Below, one piece after another: positions 21,015-29,174 of a stretch of DNA of 32,000 nt. Origin of the DNA: Geobacter metallireducens GS-15 (GTDB lineage Bacteria; Desulfobacterota; Desulfuromonadia; Geobacterales; Geobacteraceae); NCBI RefSeq assembly GCF_000012925.1, contig NC_007517.1, forward strand, positions 3,690,001 through 3,722,000, in the 5' to 3' direction. The notes beneath the pieces were generated by a model. It was not told where the DNA came from and searched no databases. It worked only from the letters and a program-made list of their open reading frames with translations. The translations under genes were made by a program, and so were the position numbers. Each line of letters starts with the position of its first letter. Within the stretch, counting starts at the first letter, position 1.

Positions 21015-21545
21015 ATGAAAGCATGTCCCCTGGCCGTAATCCTTGTCCTCCTTCTCCTCGCGGGGTGCGCGGGAAGCCGTCCCGTTCCCGCCCCAACCGA
21101 GGAGTACGTGGAGGTCGACAACCCGGCCGCCACCATGTCTCCCTCCGCCCCTGCCACCATCTGGGTCCCGAAGCGCTATGTGGATAACGGCATTCCCCGT
21201 GGAGGGGAACTGGTTAAGAAAGGGTATGAAGCGGCGACACGGGGTTCCGGTGAGATTTCTTCGCCGCCGGCGAGAGCGGAAGAAAGCCGATCCTATGCCA
21301 GATACAACCGGGTGGTCTCAGTGGAAAAGGAGAGAGTCTGCTTTAACACCGACCGGAACGCCGGCATCAAGCCGGGAGTGAAGCTGCGGCTGTATCGCGG
21401 CGGGAGTGTCGTTGAAGGGATCGGCTTTGTGCCGGGCAACGTGGTGGGGACGGTGACGATTACCGATCCGGTCGGCTCCGGCGCCTGCGGAACCCTCGAT
21501 CAGGGAGGAGAGGCGCGGGTGAACGACTTGGTGAGGGTGGAATGA
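21015..21545 (+). CDS. Hypothetical lipoprotein
   Basis: 176 aa. Signal peptide with lipobox LLLAGC. No recognisable domain. Confidence 0.7.
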   Translation: MKACPLAVILVLLLLAGCAGSRPVPAPTEEYVEVDNPAATMSPSAPATIWVPKRYVDNGIPRGGELVKKGYEAATRGSGEISSPPARAEESRSYARYNRVVSVEKERVCFNTDRNAGIKPGVKLRLYRGGSVVEGIGFVPGNVVGTVTITDPVGSGACGTLDQGGEARVNDLVRVE

Positions 21546-21680
21546 AACGCGGCTTTCGGCGGTGACAAGATCCGCTGACTCTCCGGAGGAGCGGGGAAGA
21601 GGAGGTGCGCTGCGGGCTACGGGTAACGGTGGCTGGAGGGTTGTTGTCAATTTTTTCTGGGAATTGTGAAGGAGGAATTA

Positions 21681-23027
21681 ATGATCAAGAAAACATCTGT
21701 TTCGGTTGCAGCAGTAATGATGTTGGCCGCGCCGGCCCTAGCCCAGGAGGTACCCCAGGCCACCACACCGGCCTATAACTGCGATTTCGAGCCCTCGTGC
21801 GAGGTGGCCCCGGGCATCTACGGCAAGATGGCGTCGCCGGTCACCAGCAAATTCAATCTCTCCATCGGCGGTTTTGTCAAGCTCGATTACGCCTATAACT
21901 CGGTGAACCTGGGGTCCAACGGCGCACTGGGGACCCTCCAGAACGGCATCCCCAAAAGCAGCTCCGCCGCCGGCCGGCAGGACCAGTCCATCTTCACCGC
22001 CCGCCAGTCCCGCTTCTGGCTCAAGGTCGCCGGACCGAACTTCCTCGGCGCCAAAACCAACGCCATCATCGAGGCGGACTTCTACGGCGGAGGGGGCTCC
22101 TCCAACGAAAGCCCCAACATGCGGCTGCGGCTCGCCAACACCACCCTCGACTGGGTCAACACCCAGGTGCTGGTGGGCCAGGCCTATGACATCTTCGGAC
22201 CGGCCATCTCCTCCACGGTCGACTTCGGGTCCGGCAACAAGACCGGCGCCCCCAACAACCCCCGTGTCCCCCAGGTCAGGGTAACCCAGAAGGTGAACCT
22301 GAACTCCGACAACGCTCTGCGGCTGGTCCTCGGGGTGCAGAACCCGGTGCAGGATGCCAACGCCCAGACCGGCACCAACAGCGATTCGTGGGGAGGAAAG
22401 CTGAACGTGGCCGGCCAGGCGATGCTGATCAGCAAGGCCCTCGGGGTCGCCCCCGGCTACTACGGGCTCTCCATGAACTCCCTGACCGCCGGCGTCTTCG
22501 GCCTCTACGGCAACCAGAGCGTGGGGGATAACAGCAAGACCGTCGACACGTGGGGGTATGGCTTCTACACCTTCGTGCCGCTCTTGTCCTCCAAGGACGG
22601 CAGGAATCGGGCGATGACCGCCTCCTTCGAAGGACAGCTCTACATGGCGGCCAACCAGAGCGTGAACGGCGCCACTGCGGGGACCGTGATCGGCCCCGCC
22701 GGCAGCAAGACCGCCGCCAAGGGGTACGGCTTCTACGGCCAGCTCATCTTCTATCCCACCCAGGACCTCGGAATAACCGCCGGCTACGGGCGGAGAAACG
22801 CCTATAACTATGCCAGCTACAGCGGCATCAACAACTTCGAGAAATCCAACTCCAATATCTACGCCAACATCGCCTACGACCTGAACGCAGCAGTACGGGT
22901 CGCCGTGGAATACCAGAACCTCAACACCCAGTACGGTAACGTCACCAACGGCACCGGCAACCTGGCGGGATTGGCGACCAGCGGGACCGCCAACATTGCG
23001 CGGTTTGCGGCATTCTACTTCTTCTGA
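21681..23027 (+). CDS. Putative outer-membrane beta-barrel porin, copy 1
   Basis: 448 aa from MIKKTSV, with GAAGGAGG upstream. Signal peptide ending ALAQE, alternating beta-strand-like pattern, and a C-terminal ...FAAFYFF aromatic terminus. Paralog of 26370-27716. Confidence 0.75.
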   Translation: MIKKTSVSVAAVMMLAAPALAQEVPQATTPAYNCDFEPSCEVAPGIYGKMASPVTSKFNLSIGGFVKLDYAYNSVNLGSNGALGTLQNGIPKSSSAAGRQDQSIFTARQSRFWLKVAGPNFLGAKTNAIIEADFYGGGGSSNESPNMRLRLANTTLDWVNTQVLVGQAYDIFGPAISSTVDFGSGNKTGAPNNPRVPQVRVTQKVNLNSDNALRLVLGVQNPVQDANAQTGTNSDSWGGKLNVAGQAMLISKALGVAPGYYGLSMNSLTAGVFGLYGNQSVGDNSKTVDTWGYGFYTFVPLLSSKDGRNRAMTASFEGQLYMAANQSVNGATAGTVIGPAGSKTAAKGYGFYGQLIFYPTQDLGITAGYGRRNAYNYASYSGINNFEKSNSNIYANIAYDLNAAVRVAVEYQNLNTQYGNVTNGTGNLAGLATSGTANIARFAAFYFF

Positions 23028-23033
23028 TCAGCG

Positions 23034-23066
23034 GCGGCGTGCCCCTTCCGCCGGGGGGCACGCCGC
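23034..23066 (+). other. GC-rich hairpin after the porin gene (12-bp stem, no U-tract)
   Basis: GCGGCGTGCCCC (23034-23045) pairs with GGGGCACGCCGC (23055-23066). 9-nt loop. Confidence 0.65.
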
Positions 23067-23108
23067 AACCGCGGAACAGGCTTAACGCTCTTCACCTAGG
23101 AGGTCAGC

Positions 23109-23885
23109 ATGAAGATACTGGTCTGCATCAAACAGGTACCCGACATGGAGTCCCGCTTCAGGGTAAGCAGCTCCGGAAACTGGCTCGAAGAATCCGATCT
23201 GGCCTTCCGGCTTAACGAGTACGACGAGTACGCCGTGGAGCAGGCGGTCCAGCTCAAGGAACAGCTGGGGGACATCCCCGAGATCACGGTCCTCTCCATT
23301 GGCCCGGACCGGGTCGGCGAGTCCATAAGGAAGGCACTGGCCATGGGATGCGACCGGGGAGTCCACATCCGGGACCCCGAATCGTCCCGCAAGGATCCGT
23401 GGCAGATCGCCTCCCTCATCGCCTCCTTCGCCGGGGACAAGGAATTTGACCTCATTCTCACCGGGATGCAATCCCAGGACCGGGGCTCCGCCCAGGTGGG
23501 AATCATGGTGTCCGAAATCCTCGGCTATCCCTGCGCCTCCACCCTGGTCGGTTTCTCCTACGACAACGGCATCATCAGCGCCAGGCGGGAACTGGAAGGA
23601 GGAACCAAGGCAGTCGTGCGACTCCGGACGCCGGCGGTCGTCACCTGCCAGCTGGGGCTCAACGTGCCGCGCTACCCTACCCTTCCCAATATCATGAAGG
23701 CCAAAAAAAAGGAAATTCTGTCGGTGCCGGTGGCGGATTTCTCCGTCGTGGACGGACATGCAACAACCCTGCGACTCTATCAGCCGGCAAAGAAGGGGGG
23801 CGGGCTCGTCATCGAGGGGGAAGTGAATGATCTTGCCGACAGGCTCGTGGGGATACTGAAGCAGAAAACCATGGTGCTGAGGTAG
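23109..23885 (+). CDS. etfB: Electron transfer flavoprotein, beta subunit
   Basis: 258 aa. Starts MKILVCIKQVPD, typical of EtfB. Confidence 0.93.
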   Translation: MKILVCIKQVPDMESRFRVSSSGNWLEESDLAFRLNEYDEYAVEQAVQLKEQLGDIPEITVLSIGPDRVGESIRKALAMGCDRGVHIRDPESSRKDPWQIASLIASFAGDKEFDLILTGMQSQDRGSAQVGIMVSEILGYPCASTLVGFSYDNGIISARRELEGGTKAVVRLRTPAVVTCQLGLNVPRYPTLPNIMKAKKKEILSVPVADFSVVDGHATTLRLYQPAKKGGGLVIEGEVNDLADRLVGILKQKTMVLR

Positions 23886-23941
23886 TGACAACATGCCGGC
23901 CGCGATCAACGGTTCCGCGGCCCGCCTATGAAGGAGGTTCT

Positions 23942-24862
23942 ATGAAGGTGCTTCTGGTGGGAGAATACCGCGAAGGAAAGCTCCGCGAGGAAAGTTACGA
24001 TCTAGTGGCCTTTGCCGACGCCCTTGGTGCCCAGCGCTCCATGGTTCTCGTGGCGCCGGCGGGGACGGTGCCAACCGTGGACGGGACCCTCTACATTGCC
24101 GACGCGGCGCAGTGCGGCGAGTACAACCCGGAGCACCACAAGAGAATAATCCTCGCTGCCGTAGAGCGGGAAGACCCTGACTGCATCGCTTTTGTCCACT
24201 CATCCTACGGCTGGGATCTGGCCCCGCGGTTGGCGGTTGCACTCGGGGCTGCACAGGTGTCGGAAGTGGTTGCGGTTGCCGGCGACGGCGCCTACGAGGT
24301 GAACTGCTGCAACGCCAAACTACGCCGCGCCGTGACGCCAAAAACACCCAGGACCATACTCACCATCCAGGCCGGGGCATTCAGCCTTGAGAGAGAACCT
24401 GCGGGAATGCCGGCAATAGTCCCCCTCGACGTCCCCCTTGAACCGGACCGGATTCAATTCGACGGCTACGAGGCTGCGGAGAAAAAGGGGGTTGATCTCG
24501 GCCGGGCAGAAATAGTCGTCAGTGCCGGCAGGGGTGTCGGAAAGAAGGAAAACGTGGGGGTCATTGCCGAGCTTGCCAAGGTGCTTGGCGGAGAGTTGGG
24601 GGCAAGTCGGCCGGTGGTCGATGCCAAATGGGTTGACCATAGCCACCAGGTGGGAACCACTGGCCAGGTGGTCAGCCCCAAGCTCTATGTGGCCTGTGGT
24701 ATCTCCGGTGCCATCCAGCATGTTGCAGGAATGAAAAAGGCTGACTTTGTGGTGGCCATCAACAAGGACCGGGATGCCCCCATCGGAGAGGTTGCCGACG
24801 TCCTGGTGGTGGCCGATGTCATGCAGTTCGTGCCGGCCCTGACAGCACGGGTCATGCGGTGA
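23942..24862 (+). CDS. etfA: Electron transfer flavoprotein, alpha subunit
   Basis: 306 aa from MKVLLVGEY. C-terminal FAD-binding region PKLYVACGISGAIQHVAGM. Confidence 0.93.
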   Translation: MKVLLVGEYREGKLREESYDLVAFADALGAQRSMVLVAPAGTVPTVDGTLYIADAAQCGEYNPEHHKRIILAAVEREDPDCIAFVHSSYGWDLAPRLAVALGAAQVSEVVAVAGDGAYEVNCCNAKLRRAVTPKTPRTILTIQAGAFSLEREPAGMPAIVPLDVPLEPDRIQFDGYEAAEKKGVDLGRAEIVVSAGRGVGKKENVGVIAELAKVLGGELGASRPVVDAKWVDHSHQVGTTGQVVSPKLYVACGISGAIQHVAGMKKADFVVAINKDRDAPIGEVADVLVVADVMQFVPALTARVMR

Positions 24863-24911
24863 CAAACGGCATATCTTCTACAAAAGTGGCACAGACTATC
24901 GGGAGGCTTCG

Positions 24912-26087
24912 ATGAATGAAATATTTGTGGTTGATGCTCTGAGAACACCGTTTGGTTCATTTTCCGGCATGCTGGCCGACGTGGATGCCCCAAAGCTGGC
25001 CGCCACCGTCATGAAAGAGCTTCTGGCAAAGGCCGGCCTCGCCCCCGACACGGTGAATGAAGTCATTGTGGGGCAGGTCCTCTCCGGCGGCTGTGGCCAA
25101 GCCCCGGCCCGCCAGGCCATGCGCGGGGCGGGAATCCCCGACACGGCCCATGCCCTGACCGTCAACAAGGTCTGCGGAAGCGGCCTGAAGGCAATCATGC
25201 TCGGCGCCGACAGCATTCGTCTCGGTGAGTCCCAAATTGTCATCGCCGGCGGCATGGAGAACATGTCCCTGGCGCCCTTTTTCCTCAAGAAGGCCCGCGC
25301 CGGCTACCGCATGGGGCACAGTGAACTGCTGGACCTGCTGATCTACGACGGTCTCCAGGATCCCTATACGGGCCGCCACATGGGAGAGATCGGTGAGGCG
25401 AGCGCGGAGCGGGGCAACCTCTCTCGCGAGGAGCAGGACGCGTTCGCCCGGCGCTCCTACGAACTGGCCCAGGCGGCGGTGACCGGCCGCATCTTTGCCG
25501 ACGAGATCGTGCCGGTGGTAAAGAAGGGGAAAAAGGGTGACGAAACCATTGGCACGGACGAAGAGCCCTTCAAGGGTGATCCGAGCAAGCTGCCATCTCT
25601 GCGGGCCGCCTTCAAGAAGGACGGCACCATCACCGCCGGCAACGCCTCCACCATCAACGACGGCGCGGCCCTGGCCCTACTGACCGATGCCGACGGCCTA
25701 AAGAAGTACAACCTCACCCCCAAGGCCCGGATCGTTGCCTCGGCCACGGAAAGCCGTCATCCCGACAACTTCCCCGAGGCCCCCATCGGCGCCATCGAGA
25801 AGGCCTGCGCCAAGGCCGGCCTGACGGTGTCCGACATCGACCTCTTCGAGATCAACGAGGCCTTTGCCTCGGTGGCCCTCCTGGCCGTCAAGGGTCTCGG
25901 CCTCCCCTTGGACAAGGTGAACGTCAACGGCGGCGCCTGCGCCATCGGCCACCCCATCGGCGCCAGCGGCGGCCGGCTTGCAGCCACGGTCATCCGGGAA
26001 CTCCATCGGCGGCAGAAACGCTACGGCCTCGCCACCCTCTGCATCGGCGGCGGCGAGGCGGTGGCAGTCATCTTCGAGCGGGTTTGA
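24912..26087 (+). CDS. Acetyl-CoA C-acetyltransferase (thiolase II)
   Basis: 391 aa. Active-site Cys segment NKVCGSGLKA, plus GNASTINDGAA, NGGACAIGHPIGASG and CIGGGEAVA. Confidence 0.95.
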   Translation: MNEIFVVDALRTPFGSFSGMLADVDAPKLAATVMKELLAKAGLAPDTVNEVIVGQVLSGGCGQAPARQAMRGAGIPDTAHALTVNKVCGSGLKAIMLGADSIRLGESQIVIAGGMENMSLAPFFLKKARAGYRMGHSELLDLLIYDGLQDPYTGRHMGEIGEASAERGNLSREEQDAFARRSYELAQAAVTGRIFADEIVPVVKKGKKGDETIGTDEEPFKGDPSKLPSLRAAFKKDGTITAGNASTINDGAALALLTDADGLKKYNLTPKARIVASATESRHPDNFPEAPIGAIEKACAKAGLTVSDIDLFEINEAFASVALLAVKGLGLPLDKVNVNGGACAIGHPIGASGGRLAATVIRELHRRQKRYGLATLCIGGGEAVAVIFERV

Positions 26088-26369
26088 TATTAAAAATCCA
26101 CCACGGAGACAGGGTGGCACGGAAAAAGGCAAAGAAATGGGGTTCGTTTCCCAGGTTATCTCAACGCCTCCGTCTCTCAGTGGTTGCAAAGAGGAATCAA
26201 GCCCCCCTCTGAGGAAACAATTTGGCCGTAAATCTTTCTGGTCCGCCGCTGCCCGACGCCTCCGGCAACCGGGAGCGTCCGTCGTGAAGGTGGAGCCGAC
26301 AGCCAGTCTGTTATCGGGGCGCCTCACGGGTAACTTCCGGCGCAACTCGATTGCGGGAACCTGAACATT

Positions 26370-27716
26370 CTAGAAGAAATAGATCATCGAGAACCGGAAC
26401 ACGTTCGCCTTCCCGAAATCTGAAGTGCCTGCGGTAACGTTGCCATACCGGGTGCTCACGTATTGATACTCGGTTGCGACCCTGACGGCGGCGTTGAGGT
26501 CGTAGGCGATATTGGCAAAGGCCTGGGAGTTTGACTTCTGGAAGTCCTTGATGCCACTCCGGGTATAATCCGCGAAATTTTCCGCCCCCCTCATGCCGTA
26601 CCCGGCGGTGATGCCCAGATTCTGGGTCGGGTAGAATATCATCTGCCCGAACAGGCCATACCCCTTGGCGCCGGTCTTGTCCCCCTGTGGACCGATTAAC
26701 GGGCTGACGGTTGCGTAGTTGAACGACATGTTGGCGGCCCGGTACGCCTGCCCTTCGAAGGAGGCGGTCATGGCCCTGCTTTTGCCATCCGCGGACCTCA
26801 GAACCGGCACGAAGGCGTACAAGCCATATCCCCATGAATCAACCGTTCCCCCGTTGCCCGCTATCTCCTGATTGCCGTAGAGGCCGAACAGCCCAACCGT
26901 AAACTGGTTCATGGGGAGCCCCCAGAATCCGGGTGCCGCGCCAAGGGCCTTGCTGACAAGCATCGCCTGTCCCGCGATATTGGGCCTGGCTCCCCAGGAT
27001 TCCCCCGCCGTGCCGTTGGCGGTATTGCTGTTCTGTATCGGATTCTGCAGTGCCGCTATGAGCTTGAGAGAGTTCTGCTCACTCAGCCTCACTTTCTGTG
27101 ACACCCGTAACTGGGGAACGCGGGGGGTGGTCGGGTTGCCGGCGGTCTGCCCCTGGCCGAAGTCGACAGTGGATGCCGCCGCCGGCCCGAAGAGATCCCA
27201 TGACTGTCCGAAGAGGATTTGCGTGTTTGCCCAGTCGAGGGTGCCGTAGGCAAGCCTGATCCTCATGGTGGCGGTTTCATTGCTGCTGCCGCCGGAGCCG
27301 AAGAAATCGGTCTCGATCAGCGCGCCCGTCCTGGCGCCCAGAAATGTCGGCCCCTCGGCCTTGAACCAGATGCGGCTCTGTCGGGCGGAGAAGAGGGATT
27401 GATCCTGTTTCGCCGCAGGTGAACTGGTTTTGGGAATGCCGTTGGGCTGCAGCGTTGCCACGAGGCCGATACCGTTTGCAGAGCCCAGATTGACGGAGTT
27501 GTACACGTAATCGAGCTTTACAAAACCGCCGATCGACAGTTTGAATTTACTCGTGACGGGTGACGCCATATTTCCATAGATGCCGGGGCTCACCTCGCAG
27601 GCCGGCTCAAAATCGCAATTATACGCAGGCGGAGACTGCTGTGGAACATCCTGGGCCGATACCGGCACCGCAAGCATTACCAAAGCCGCTGCACAATACA
27701 TCAATGTAAATCTCAT
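26370..27716 (-). CDS. Putative outer-membrane beta-barrel porin, copy 2
   Basis: 448 aa from MRFTLMYCAAA, with GGGAGGGG upstream. It shares the AYNCDFEP-x-CEV N-terminal motif and the YFF C-terminus with copy 1. The tracked ORF extension to 28100 overlaps the CoA-transferase gene and is rejected. Confidence 0.75.
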   Translation of the reverse strand: MRFTLMYCAAALVMLAVPVSAQDVPQQSPPAYNCDFEPACEVSPGIYGNMASPVTSKFKLSIGGFVKLDYVYNSVNLGSANGIGLVATLQPNGIPKTSSPAAKQDQSLFSARQSRIWFKAEGPTFLGARTGALIETDFFGSGGSSNETATMRIRLAYGTLDWANTQILFGQSWDLFGPAAASTVDFGQGQTAGNPTTPRVPQLRVSQKVRLSEQNSLKLIAALQNPIQNSNTANGTAGESWGARPNIAGQAMLVSKALGAAPGFWGLPMNQFTVGLFGLYGNQEIAGNGGTVDSWGYGLYAFVPVLRSADGKSRAMTASFEGQAYRAANMSFNYATVSPLIGPQGDKTGAKGYGLFGQMIFYPTQNLGITAGYGMRGAENFADYTRSGIKDFQKSNSQAFANIAYDLNAAVRVATEYQYVSTRYGNVTAGTSDFGKANVFRFSMIYFF

Positions 27717-27763
27717 CACGTACCCCTCCCAAACCGGTTGCGGGACAGTACTGCCGACAGGCT

Positions 27764-29077
27764 CTAAATGCGGTTCATCCTTCTGGCTGCCTCGGTGAGT
27801 TCGCCCCGGAAATCGGGGTGTGCGATGTTGATCAGGTTGATGGCCCGTTGCCGGGCAGTCTGCCCCCGGAGCTTGGCCACCCCGAACTCGGTGACCACAT
27901 AATCCACATCGTTCTTCCCGGTGGTGACAGATGCCCCCGGCGCCAAGGTCGGAACGATGCGTGATATGGTTCCGTTTTTTGCGGTGGACGCCGTGGTGAT
28001 GAAGCCTTTCCCGCCGTTGGAGATATTCGAACCCCGGACGAAATCGGCCTGGCCGCCGGTTCCGCTGTACTGCAGATGCCCGAACGACTCGGAACAGCAC
28101 TGGCCGAGCAGGTCCACCTCAAGCGTGGCGTTGATCGACACCACGTTGTCGTTTTTGCCGATGTTGTGGGGATAGTTGACGTAATCCACCGGGTGCATCT
28201 CTATCCGCGGATTTTCGTTCATGAACTCATAGAGCCGGCTGGTGCCGAGGGCGAACGTGGCGACGGTCTTGCCGGTATGGGTTTGCTTGCGGGAGTTGTT
28301 GACCGCCCCTGAAAGCATCAGGTCCACCATGCCGTCGGAAAGGAGCTCGGTGTGTATCCCCAGATCCTTCTTGTGCAGCAGTGCCTTGCAGACCGAGTTC
28401 GGTATGCCGCCCCAGCCGAGTTGCAGGCATGAACCGTCTTCCACAAGTTCCGAGATATAGCCGCCGATAGCCTCTTCAACTGGCGTGATGGGGGGGATGG
28501 TCAAGGATGCCAGGGGCTCGTCACACTCGATGATGTGGTCCACCTCGGAGATGTGAATATGGCAGTTGCCGTGGGTCCGGGGGGCCTGGGGGTTCACCTG
28601 CACCACCACTTTCTTTGCCTTCTTAATCGCCTCCATGGTGTAGGCCACGGAGAGGCTGCAGGTGAAGTAGCCATGCTCGTCCATGGGGGAAACCACGGTC
28701 CCGGCCACGTCAACGGGCCAGTAATCACGCAGGAGCCGGGGAACCTCATGGAAATAGTTGGGAACGAAATCCGCCCACCCCTTCTGGACCGCCTCGCGGG
28801 AAACGTGGCTCGTGAACCATGCGTTGACCTTTATGTGCGGAGCCGAATCCTCCGTGAAGTAATCGGGGCAGAGGTGATGCTGCTGGTTGATGACGACCCC
28901 TTCCAACTCGTGCCTGCGGGCCGCCAACGCCCTCACGAAGAGCGTCGGCTCCCCGACGCTGATGGGGAAGCAGAGACAATCCCCCGACTTGACGACTGCC
29001 GCGGCTTCTACCGGCGAGCAGACTTTCTGCCGGTACTCCTTTTCATAGCTGCGCTTGGCATTTTTTACGCTTTCCAT
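27764..29077 (-). CDS. Family-I CoA-transferase, copy 2 (candidate alicyclic acid-activating enzyme)
   Basis: 437 aa. Gap-free alignment with copy 1, about three quarters identical by eye. Located in a cluster with a BamA-type hydrolase and two acyl-CoA dehydrogenases. Confidence 0.88.
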   Translation of the reverse strand: MESVKNAKRSYEKEYRQKVCSPVEAAAVVKSGDCLCFPISVGEPTLFVRALAARRHELEGVVINQQHHLCPDYFTEDSAPHIKVNAWFTSHVSREAVQKGWADFVPNYFHEVPRLLRDYWPVDVAGTVVSPMDEHGYFTCSLSVAYTMEAIKKAKKVVVQVNPQAPRTHGNCHIHISEVDHIIECDEPLASLTIPPITPVEEAIGGYISELVEDGSCLQLGWGGIPNSVCKALLHKKDLGIHTELLSDGMVDLMLSGAVNNSRKQTHTGKTVATFALGTSRLYEFMNENPRIEMHPVDYVNYPHNIGKNDNVVSINATLEVDLLGQCCSESFGHLQYSGTGGQADFVRGSNISNGGKGFITTASTAKNGTISRIVPTLAPGASVTTGKNDVDYVVTEFGVAKLRGQTARQRAINLINIAHPDFRGELTEAARRMNRI

Positions 29078-29174
29078 AAACGATACCCCCGTTGGATGGT
29101 TTCATTGGTTCGGCACACCTGCCGGCACGTTACGCACCTGATGACATCTCGGATCATCGTGACGACCGGAAGCA

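Noticed and set aside
25978-26364. 128-aa plus-strand ORF bridging the thiolase 3-prime end and the convergent intergenic gap.
   Set aside because: Its first part is out of frame within the thiolase gene. The remainder has no ribosome-binding site and a biased Arg/Ser/Pro composition.
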